Shown piece after piece: positions 32,140 to 39,914 of a stretch of 64,000 bases of DNA. Position 1 is the stretch's first letter, and every line of letters begins with the position of its first letter. The stretch covers positions 30,885 through 94,884 of the forward strand of contig JBCBRH010000009.1 in assembly GCA_039819785.1 (NCBI GenBank), in the 5' to 3' direction. The position numbers were made by a program, and so were the translations under genes. The DNA is from Pseudomonadota bacterium (GTDB lineage Bacteria > Pseudomonadota > Alphaproteobacteria > Rhizobiales > Hyphomicrobiaceae). The notes beneath the pieces were generated by a model. That model ran no database searches. It was not told the origin of the DNA and worked only from the letters and a program-made list of their open reading frames with translations.

Positions 32140-32721
32140 TCAGTTCACCATTGGAATGCGGATCACAACGCCGCCCATGACATCACCGACTTTGAAGTCT
32201 GTACGTGGTGTGTCTTTGTGGTTGTTGTGGCAGCTGGCGCAGACTTTTGCGACGGCGACATCGGCGTACACGGCTGTGAAGTACTTGGTTCCACCAAGCG
32301 TTTCTTCGCCGTAATAGTTTTCACCTTTGTTGTCGTTGACGAATTTCAGGCCAGCTTTTTCAACATCGGTGCGTGGTGCGTTCTGCTTGTTGATCGGCCA
32401 CAGTGACTGCAGTGAGTAGCTGAACTTGTCCGTCTTGTCGGCCACGTGCTCGGCACCGAAACGGAACATCTGTGCTGGCAGCGGCAGAGCCGAATCATCG
32501 TCGAAGTGCTCGGAAGCCTTGATGACTTTCTCTTTCGCAGCCAGGCGCTGAACCACTTTTTTGGTATAGACCGTCCGGTCTGCAACCATGACCGCAATCA
32601 GCATGTCGGCAACGTCTTTGTACTCGACACCCTTCGCCGTCACGTTCGCAACCGCACCACCAGCCAGCACCGTGCCGGCGGCAAGTGCCGAAACCATAAG
32701 TGTCTTTGTCAGCTTCATCAT
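32140..32721 (-). CDS. Secreted DUF3365 (Tll0287-like) haem c protein
   Basis: Signal peptide, SLWPINKQNAPRTDVEKAGLKF... and a single C-terminal CASCH motif, as in the DUF3365 PAS-like haem family. GGAG RBS. Confidence 0.65.
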   Translation of the reverse strand: MMKLTKTLMVSALAAGTVLAGGAVANVTAKGVEYKDVADMLIAVMVADRTVYTKKVVQRLAAKEKVIKASEHFDDDSALPLPAQMFRFGAEHVADKTDKFSYSLQSLWPINKQNAPRTDVEKAGLKFVNDNKGENYYGEETLGGTKYFTAVYADVAVAKVCASCHNNHKDTPRTDFKVGDVMGGVVIRIPMVN

Positions 32722-32769
32722 TTTCGAACTTCTCCATCTTGTTGAACTTGGATCTTCAGCGCGCTGGCT

Positions 32770-34191
32770 TTACTTTGCCCCTCGGTCCTTGAGGCGCTTC
32801 ATGACCCAGTCGATGCTTTCGATATGAGCAGAGGGGCGCCCATCGAAATTCTTTTTCACGAGTTCTTTGTCGGCCAACGCATCAATCGCGAAGCCCAACC
32901 CGTGGCAGTCCATGCAGACACTGCGGATCATCTTTTCGTTCGGCCGCAGGTTTGCGTTTTGGTTGTGATTGGTGACGAGGACTTCGTCATATCCCGTCTC
33001 GTCCTCCATCCAGGTGCGCGGCATATGGCAGGTGGCGCAGCTCACTCCGCTGCCCTTCGGCGCCGTGCCGGCCGCTTCGGCCTGGAACAATTTGTGATGC
33101 TTGGAGCCTTCGTAGGCTTTGGTATGATCATCGTCATGACAGGACATGCACGACGTCACCTTTGCCTCTGCGGTGTCGAACGTGTGCGCGCTATGGCAGC
33201 TGTTACATGTCAGCTCGGTATGAGGTTCGATCTTGGATTGCATCGGCAGTCGCGCCAATTCAGTCCGCATTGGTGGAAGCGCTTTTTCACGGAAGATACC
33301 AAACGGACCTGCCGTTTGACTACGCATGCCCTCAGCGAGCCGCATGCCGTGCTTGCCCTTCAGCCATGTCGCCGTCTCTTGCGCATGACAGCTGGCACAC
33401 GATGTATGATCAGGCTTAGTCACCCAGTTGGCCTTGATGTCTTCGGCTGTCTTCTGCTCTGGGGCATGGCATCCCGAACAATTGACGCCTGCTTCTGCAT
33501 GGGAAGTGGCAAGCCATTGCGACATGACCTTTTCATCACCTGAATGAGCTGCTGGTGCATCGGCCTGAGCCGCAGTAGTCAACGGTTCGCCGACAGGTTC
33601 GAATTCGATCTCCTGGCGGGCAACGAGCTTCACAAGCGGCTTTTCTTTCAGCTCCGGTTTGGTCGCATGCTTTTCGAGGAAGTCTTCGTAAAGGGCGGTG
33701 TTGTCATGATAATTGTGACAGCCAGCGGTGGCGCAGGTCGCAAATGAAAGATCCTTGTGGCTGGGCCGGTTCTTCCCGACATCCTCATGGCACAGCGCGC
33801 AGTAGTCCTCGGGAAGCGTCACCCCCATGGCATGCGTCACGTCCGGCTTATGTTCGGTATGACAGGTGATGCACTTCGTGGCCTCCAGCTTTTCGAGCCG
33901 GTCGGCATTGCGCGGGTCACGGAACTTCTTGATGGGATGAGAATCTTTCGAAGCCGCCAAGTCGGCGGCATGACACCCATGGCAGGTTTTCTCGATCACC
34001 TCGGGCCCACCAAACGCTGTTGTGTGGCAGGCGCTGCAGGCCAGCTCAATCTGGTGATGCCCGCTCGTCGTCTCTCCGATCAACAGCATGGCGCGGCTGG
34101 GCCCGCCAAACAGCATACCGGCCATAAGCACACTCCCGCCGCTGACCGTCATAACGATCCAAAGAAGCCAGAGTTTTGTCGTGCGCGTCAT
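32770..34191 (-). CDS. Membrane-anchored multihaem (11 sites) c-type cytochrome
   Basis: N-terminal hydrophobic anchor. Ten CxxCH motifs (CSACH, CHGCH, CITCH, CALCH, CSGCH, CASCH, CNSCH, CMSCH, CATCH, CMDCH) plus one CX4CH (CATAGCH). The GAGG RBS overlaps the upstream stop codon. Confidence 0.85.
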   Translation of the reverse strand: MTRTTKLWLLWIVMTVSGGSVLMAGMLFGGPSRAMLLIGETTSGHHQIELACSACHTTAFGGPEVIEKTCHGCHAADLAASKDSHPIKKFRDPRNADRLEKLEATKCITCHTEHKPDVTHAMGVTLPEDYCALCHEDVGKNRPSHKDLSFATCATAGCHNYHDNTALYEDFLEKHATKPELKEKPLVKLVARQEIEFEPVGEPLTTAAQADAPAAHSGDEKVMSQWLATSHAEAGVNCSGCHAPEQKTAEDIKANWVTKPDHTSCASCHAQETATWLKGKHGMRLAEGMRSQTAGPFGIFREKALPPMRTELARLPMQSKIEPHTELTCNSCHSAHTFDTAEAKVTSCMSCHDDDHTKAYEGSKHHKLFQAEAAGTAPKGSGVSCATCHMPRTWMEDETGYDEVLVTNHNQNANLRPNEKMIRSVCMDCHGLGFAIDALADKELVKKNFDGRPSAHIESIDWVMKRLKDRGAK

Positions 34192-34200
34192 TCACGTGCC

Positions 34201-36282
34201 TCAGTAGAAATAAACGGTCAGGATGTGAACGGCCAGAAGTGGCGGCAGCGGCCAGAACGCGATGAGGTGCATCCAGAAAGATGCTGTCCTCAGTCGCGCG
34301 GCACTCTGCGGGGCATCAAACACACGGTGTTCCAGCGCGGTCGCAGCTCCCGCAACGGCACCGGCCAACGCCAACCCCAGAAACGACAGCATCAGCCACA
34401 TGTTGAGATTTGACCCGAGCCTGAAACCGGTGTGCGCAAACAGGGCAACCAACGCGATAACCCCGATCGCCGTATGTGCCGTGCGCCAGCTTGAGAAACT
34501 CCCAAGCTTTGTGAAAGACAATCGCTTGCGCAATGACAGCACGGCAGCCAGGACCGACAACGCCAAAAGCGTGTAACCGCTCACCTGTTTGGTGTAACTA
34601 TCCAGGAACAACAGATCGGCCCAACTGCGCTCATCGATTGCAACAGCTGTCGGAACAGCTGGAGAAAACAGCGTGATCGCGGCAGCCAGCGCGGTGAGAA
34701 CAGACAGCAACGTGAGTGTCCGCCACCAAGCGACGGGTTCACGCGGCACGGGCGCTTCAAGCAACTCGCCGATGTGGATTTTACAAGTCCCGCAGACGGT
34801 CGATGCGCCTGTATCCCGCTTGACGTCATCCAGGCTGACAGCGCCCACAGCGATACAGTCACCGATCTGCCCTCGCGTCACACCGGTGCAATTGCACACC
34901 GTTGCGGTACGCGGCCAATCCTTGACGCTCTTGGGTTCGGTTTTCGGCCAAACGAGTCCCGTTGTCGCGAACCGCCGCGCCTGCCAGGGATAAATCACAC
35001 CACCGGATTTGACTGTCTCCTGAATGCGCGCAAGTTCGGTCCAGTCCCCCAGTGCGATGGCTCCGACAAGTCGATATCGCTTGAACACGAGACGGCGATA
35101 AATCCCGTTGACCTCATCTTCGAACACAACGCTATTCAGGTCCCGGCGCTGGTCCAGCTGCTCAACATCGCCCGTGCTGAAAACATCGGTCCCGACGATC
35201 TTGAGTTTCGTTGCCAGCACTGACCCGCCGTAGGCCGCTTTGCCTTCAGGCCGCCGGTCCGTGATGTGCTGAACAGCCGCGATGGCCTGCTCAAAGCCAG
35301 GCCCGACCAAACCGTAAATCTGGTCTTCAAATTCGGCGCATTCCCCGACTGCATAGATATTGGGATCGCTGGTCAGAAGAGTGTGATCGACTTTAATGCC
35401 ACGACCAACCGCAAGTCCGATGTCGCGTGCCATCTCCATGTTGGGACGAATCCCAGTGCAGATGATGGCCGTGTCGCAAATAACTGGGTCCCGGCCAGCC
35501 AGCTCGATCGCCTCGAGCCGGGTCTGGCCCGTAAATGCGGTAACCCGCGTCCCCGTCAGAACATGCAGCCCCATCTTTTCGACGGCTGCCTTCAGACCAT
35601 CCCCACCAGCGCGATCAAGCTGACGCGCCATCAGGTGATCTTCATGTTCGATGACGTAGGTCTCAACGCCCCGATCCGCCATTCCGCGGGCAGCTTCCAG
35701 GCCCAGAAGGCCACCACCGACAACAACGCATTGGCGTGAGCGGAATGAGCGTGCGAGTAACTTCTCGACATCATCGAAATTACGGAATGTGAATACGCCG
35801 TCGAGATCTCTGCCCTCAATCGGCGGCACGTGCGCGCGCGATCCCGTCGCGATGATCAGCTTGTCGTAAGTAAACTGACGACCGCGATTTGTGGTGACGG
35901 ATTTTCGCTCGCGATCGATGTCGACGATACTCGTGTTGGAGTAGAGCGATACCTTTCCATCGCCTGGAAATTCCAGCGACTGTTCAACCTGACCGAGTTG
36001 CACATCGCCGCTCAACAGCGGTGTCAGCTTTACGCGGTTATAAGGTTTCCACCGCTCGGCATTGAACAAAACGACATCGCACCCGGCACGGGACAACTCC
36101 TGCGCAGCACGAATACCAACAGGTCCACCACCGATAACGATGACCGGTGCAACAACTTCGACCGTTTCACTCGACGTATCAGCTGAAGCGTCACTGTAAT
36201 CGTCTGCTGGGGCAACAACGTCGCTGCGCTCCGCGACAGGGTCCACGTCGGCGAGCGGTCGCTCCAATAGGTTCACGGTCAT
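34201..36282 (-). CDS. NirB-like FAD/NAD(P)H oxidoreductase fused to a BFD-type [2Fe-2S] module and a C-terminal bis-His membrane domain
   Basis: VIVIGGGPVGIRAA and CVVVGGGLLGLEAA dinucleotide folds, AVGECAEF, C-x-C...C-x2-C (CNCTGV...CGTCK), then about 5 TM helices containing two H-x13-H pairs. Start placed at the ATG at 36282; the track ORF runs to 36408. Confidence 0.8.
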   Translation of the reverse strand: MTVNLLERPLADVDPVAERSDVVAPADDYSDASADTSSETVEVVAPVIVIGGGPVGIRAAQELSRAGCDVVLFNAERWKPYNRVKLTPLLSGDVQLGQVEQSLEFPGDGKVSLYSNTSIVDIDRERKSVTTNRGRQFTYDKLIIATGSRAHVPPIEGRDLDGVFTFRNFDDVEKLLARSFRSRQCVVVGGGLLGLEAARGMADRGVETYVIEHEDHLMARQLDRAGGDGLKAAVEKMGLHVLTGTRVTAFTGQTRLEAIELAGRDPVICDTAIICTGIRPNMEMARDIGLAVGRGIKVDHTLLTSDPNIYAVGECAEFEDQIYGLVGPGFEQAIAAVQHITDRRPEGKAAYGGSVLATKLKIVGTDVFSTGDVEQLDQRRDLNSVVFEDEVNGIYRRLVFKRYRLVGAIALGDWTELARIQETVKSGGVIYPWQARRFATTGLVWPKTEPKSVKDWPRTATVCNCTGVTRGQIGDCIAVGAVSLDDVKRDTGASTVCGTCKIHIGELLEAPVPREPVAWWRTLTLLSVLTALAAAITLFSPAVPTAVAIDERSWADLLFLDSYTKQVSGYTLLALSVLAAVLSLRKRLSFTKLGSFSSWRTAHTAIGVIALVALFAHTGFRLGSNLNMWLMLSFLGLALAGAVAGAATALEHRVFDAPQSAARLRTASFWMHLIAFWPLPPLLAVHILTVYFY

Positions 36283-36547
36283 TGGCCACCGCGCACATCT
36301 AGGAGCGTGCGTCGAGAATAATAACTCTTGGAAAGTGTAAGTGGGACTGCAGTCATTCCGCCTCCAACCATAAAGCCAACGCATCGATGTCAGCGCACGC
36401 ACGGGCATGAGAGCCTGAGTACGCGGGCGCTTTTAATCAGCGTGTTAGGTTTTGGCGGCGTTGCCAGTGTTCAGCCCAACATTGGGCCACACATGAGCGC
36501 AGTAGCGAAGCGCTGCACATTCTCGTATGGCGAAAATCGTGCCAGTT

Positions 36548-36593
36548 TTGATTAACCGATTTTAATCAGTGAAATCATTGGACTAACCAATGG
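36548..36593. promoter_or_regulatory. Two inverted repeats in the AT-rich region upstream of the haem/flavin operon
   Basis: TGATTAA-ccgatt-TTAATCA (36549-36568) and CATTGG-actaa-CCAATG (36576-36592). They lie between the methyltransferase stop (36730) and the flavoprotein start (36282). Confidence 0.35.
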
Positions 36594-36729
36594 TTCGTTG
36601 TGGTTGAAACACATTTGACCGCGCGAGAAATAAGCAGAATCTGGCAGTGAATGATTGGATTTTGTGCGGCTGCATAATAGAGCTTCCCCGTTGGTCGGAG
36701 AAAAGTTCAGAGTCGGTCAACCGCTCAAC

Positions 36730-37641
36730 CTAAGGCGAACTGACCGTCGTTCGCTCAACAACGAGCTTATTCACCGGCATCGAAAAACGGCTCCTTCCTG
36801 CTGAGCCTTGGCCGGCGAAGAAAGCCTCTAGGTCTTCCAGCATCTGCTGGTGAAATTCCGGCGACAACACAAACGAAGCATAGAAAAATCCTGCAGCCTC
36901 GCGTGCCAGAACATCAGATGTTGCGCTCAGCCTGAGAACGGCCGGTTTGATTCTGACTTCATCACCAGCAAAGGAAGCAGCAGCAAGCGCCATCAGAGCC
37001 TGTGCCGTCCGAACGCGCCGATCTCCAAGATCAATGGCGCCGTAGTCCGGATACTCCCTTTGAACGGCGCGATAGATAAGGTCGTGGATATCAGCATATC
37101 CAGGCGCGGTTGAAGCATCGCCGTCTACAATCGCGGCAAAGACCCCACCGGGCTTGAGCACGCGTTTGACTTCAGCGAGCACAAGAGGAACGTCATCCAT
37201 CAGCGTCAACGCCCAATGGCACAGCACCACATCAATGCTGGCATCGGCAATGAACGGCAAGCTCTGGGCCACACCCTCATGTAAACCGATACTGGCATCC
37301 GGCAGCCGAGCGCGCGCAAGCGCAAGTTCCTCGGCGCTCATATCGACACCCATGAGTTTCAGGCGCGATCCAAAGCGTTGATCACAGATCTCGAGAAGCA
37401 CGCCGCTACCACACCCAAGGTCCAAAACGGTTTGATGTCTTTCGGGATCAATACAGTCCGCCAGCAACTCATAGCTGTTGCGCCCCTCGTGATCCCGGCA
37501 TTGCGACGCGCATGATTCCGTAAAACCCGCATTGTCGCGATGGACCGCTTTGAGATGGTCACACAGGTTCTCATGCGATGGCTGCTCACCACGCCGCAGA
37601 CTTTGCGTCCAGCGGGTGTCGATATTCGGTCTTTCGTTCAT
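36730..37641 (-). CDS. Class I SAM-dependent methyltransferase
   Basis: Motif I VLDLGCGSG, post-I MGVDMS, motif II/III DVVLCHWAL...LKPGGVF. Confidence 0.75.
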   Translation of the reverse strand: MNERPNIDTRWTQSLRRGEQPSHENLCDHLKAVHRDNAGFTESCASQCRDHEGRNSYELLADCIDPERHQTVLDLGCGSGVLLEICDQRFGSRLKLMGVDMSAEELALARARLPDASIGLHEGVAQSLPFIADASIDVVLCHWALTLMDDVPLVLAEVKRVLKPGGVFAAIVDGDASTAPGYADIHDLIYRAVQREYPDYGAIDLGDRRVRTAQALMALAAASFAGDEVRIKPAVLRLSATSDVLAREAAGFFYASFVLSPEFHQQMLEDLEAFFAGQGSAGRSRFSMPVNKLVVERTTVSSP

Positions 37642-37695
37642 ACGTAAAAAGGTTCCAGTTCAACGCGACGACGCGCGCGCGTTCGGATGAGTGCG

Positions 37696-38970
37696 TTATG
37701 GCAAGACCAATGGACGTGTCAGCGAGGGTGGCGACTTCGGCGTCGCAAGCACCGGTAAAAGCGCGGCAAAAACAAGAGACATAGCTACGAGATAGGCGCA
37801 CATGACAACGAACTGCGTCTCCAGTCCGATGCCAAAATCGATCAGCCAGCCCATCAGGCCTGGGGCGACCGCAGTCGAGACGACGAGCAAGGCGACACTT
37901 AAGGATCGGATCGCGCCGAGATGCCGGGTGCCATAGAGCTCAGCCCATAAAGCACCAAGAATGATCGTCGCCCCGCCAGCCGTTGCCCCCATCAGGATCA
38001 TAAAAACCGGTGCGGCATAGACCCCATCGGCGAAACCCGCGACCGCCAGACCGCATGCCAGCGGCAACAGATAGAACGGAAGCAAGGCCGCAGTGCCGTA
38101 TCGGTCAATCAGCCAGCCAAAACCAAGCGCCACCATACTGGCACTGAGTGCATACAAAGGATAGCACGCCGCAAACATCGCAAGCGTCCAGGCTTTCGTC
38201 TCAACCAGATGAACCTGATGGAACAATACACCAGTGATCATGAACGGCGGCGCCAGGATGCCGGGCAACAGCCCATAGAACCGAAAATCGCTGAGGACTT
38301 GTCCCCGCGTCCACGACTGTGGTTCAGCGGCATTGTCGTCGGTTGACGCGCTCTGCTGCGGCTGATCCAGCTTGCGCGCACGAACGGTTTGACCCAGCCA
38401 ATACACCGCTGGTACGACCAGCAAAACGACACCTAACGCAGCACCCAACCAAATGTCGCGCCACGTGAGCACTGTCAGAAGAACGGCCACCAGGATCGGG
38501 AGCAAAGCCTCACCAGCTGGAAAGCCCAGTGTCGAGACACTCAGCGCCCGGCCGCGCTCAGCAGAAAACCAACGTCCCATCGCCGTCATCATAACGTGAC
38601 TGAGAAGACCTTGGCCGAACAGTCTTAAACCAAAAAGCGCGAGACAAAGCAGGGTCACCGAATGCGTGCCCGCCATGAGCACAGCGCACCCGCCAAGCCC
38701 AAGCAGTGTCATGATGCTCAGCATTGGCAAATCAAACCGATCCGCCAGCTTGCCAAGCCACAACAACGCAAGCCCACTGGTAAGCGTCGCAGCGGTATAG
38801 ATCGCGCCAAAGGTGCCATGCGTGAGAACAAGATCGGCTCGGATTTGTCCACCAAACAGCGCGATAAAATAGGTTTGACCAAGACTGGACGCAAACGCGA
38901 GCATAAACCCAAAACCCAACGCTGGCCCAGCGTGCTTCAGAAACGGCAAGGTGCGCAAAGCTACCATCAA
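37696..38970 (-). CDS. MFS transporter
   Basis: 424 aa, about 12 TM helices, MFS loop motif GKLADRFD between TM2 and TM3. Confidence 0.85.
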   Translation of the reverse strand: MMVALRTLPFLKHAGPALGFGFMLAFASSLGQTYFIALFGGQIRADLVLTHGTFGAIYTAATLTSGLALLWLGKLADRFDLPMLSIMTLLGLGGCAVLMAGTHSVTLLCLALFGLRLFGQGLLSHVMMTAMGRWFSAERGRALSVSTLGFPAGEALLPILVAVLLTVLTWRDIWLGAALGVVLLVVPAVYWLGQTVRARKLDQPQQSASTDDNAAEPQSWTRGQVLSDFRFYGLLPGILAPPFMITGVLFHQVHLVETKAWTLAMFAACYPLYALSASMVALGFGWLIDRYGTAALLPFYLLPLACGLAVAGFADGVYAAPVFMILMGATAGGATIILGALWAELYGTRHLGAIRSLSVALLVVSTAVAPGLMGWLIDFGIGLETQFVVMCAYLVAMSLVFAALLPVLATPKSPPSLTRPLVLP

Positions 38971-39059
38971 TCCGCTCGCACGGTTCGAACGAGTGTCACC
39001 ACGACAATGCAGACGCCATCACGTGGCAAGCCTAGCGGATTGAACATGATCAATAGAGG

Positions 39060-39914
39060 TCAACGCTTCAGGAAGAAAAGCGAAACATGCTGCTGAAACC
39101 GCCAATCGGTCTCATTCGCACACGTATCCAAATACGGCCCTGTCACTGGGTTGGACTGCATCGCTTCCAGGCTGATGGTGTCATCGAACAAACAGCGTTG
39201 GAGATAACCTTCGACCTCATCGCGAGCCGTTTTCGGCGCACCATTTTGGTATGAGATCTGCTTGACCTCAAACGCAACCCCAAGTCTTTCCAGCGCATCC
39301 GCAATCTGTTCCGCACTGGAATAGGGAACGCCTTGGCCGGACTTAAAGCCCGTAAGATAGTGCTGATAGAACCGCAGGTAGTGCGCATCTGAGCGCGCAT
39401 GGGCGATAAAGCCCATCCCGCCACCAGCCGCCATCACGTCGACAAAGCGGGTCAGAGCCGTCTCCAGCTCTTTCTCCGGAATCGCATAAAGCGCATGGGT
39501 TGCCCAAACGATGTCAAACACACCTGGGTCACAAGCCAGTTCCTGCAGCGTCACTTCATATTCAGCACCGGCCTGAAACGGAGGCTGCAGCGCCTCCCTG
39601 GCTTCGGCAATGGAAAACCCTGATGGATCAAGCAGAGCATAATCGATCGGCGTGATCTTAGCGTTGCCGATACCGGCATAGGTGCCAAGTGCCACGGGAA
39701 ATTTACCTGACCCGCACGCAACGTCCAGCAGCTTCAAGGGACGCTGACCCACATCTTTCTGACGGTCTTCAAGCCAGGCCCTCCAGTCGACGGCCTCAGC
39801 GAGATGGCGATAGTCCACTGAGGCAAGAGCGTAGAATTTCTCCATTTCCGCACGACTGGCTTCACTCCAATGATCGCAACTTCTCTGAAACGTATCTGAC
39901 ATCCGCTCAGCCAC
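39060..39914 (-). CDS. Class I SAM-dependent methyltransferase
   Basis: Motif I LLDVACGSGKF, then DIVWATHALYAI. The start is either a GTG at 39914 (8-nt overlap with the upstream gene) or an ATG at 39902 (4 nt after its stop). Confidence 0.75.
   Translation of the reverse strand: MAERMSDTFQRSCDHWSEASRAEMEKFYALASVDYRHLAEAVDWRAWLEDRQKDVGQRPLKLLDVACGSGKFPVALGTYAGIGNAKITPIDYALLDPSGFSIAEAREALQPPFQAGAEYEVTLQELACDPGVFDIVWATHALYAIPEKELETALTRFVDVMAAGGGMGFIAHARSDAHYLRFYQHYLTGFKSGQGVPYSSAEQIADALERLGVAFEVKQISYQNGAPKTARDEVEGYLQRCLFDDTISLEAMQSNPVTGPYLDTCANETDWRFQQHVSLFFLKR

Noticed and set aside
36548-36569. FNR/CRP-type box (sequence begins TTGAT...)
   Set aside because: The half-site spacing does not fit TTGAT-N4-ATCAA or TGTGA-N6-TCACA. 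The actual symmetry is TGATTAA-N6-TTAATCA, so I report it only as an unassigned inverted repeat.
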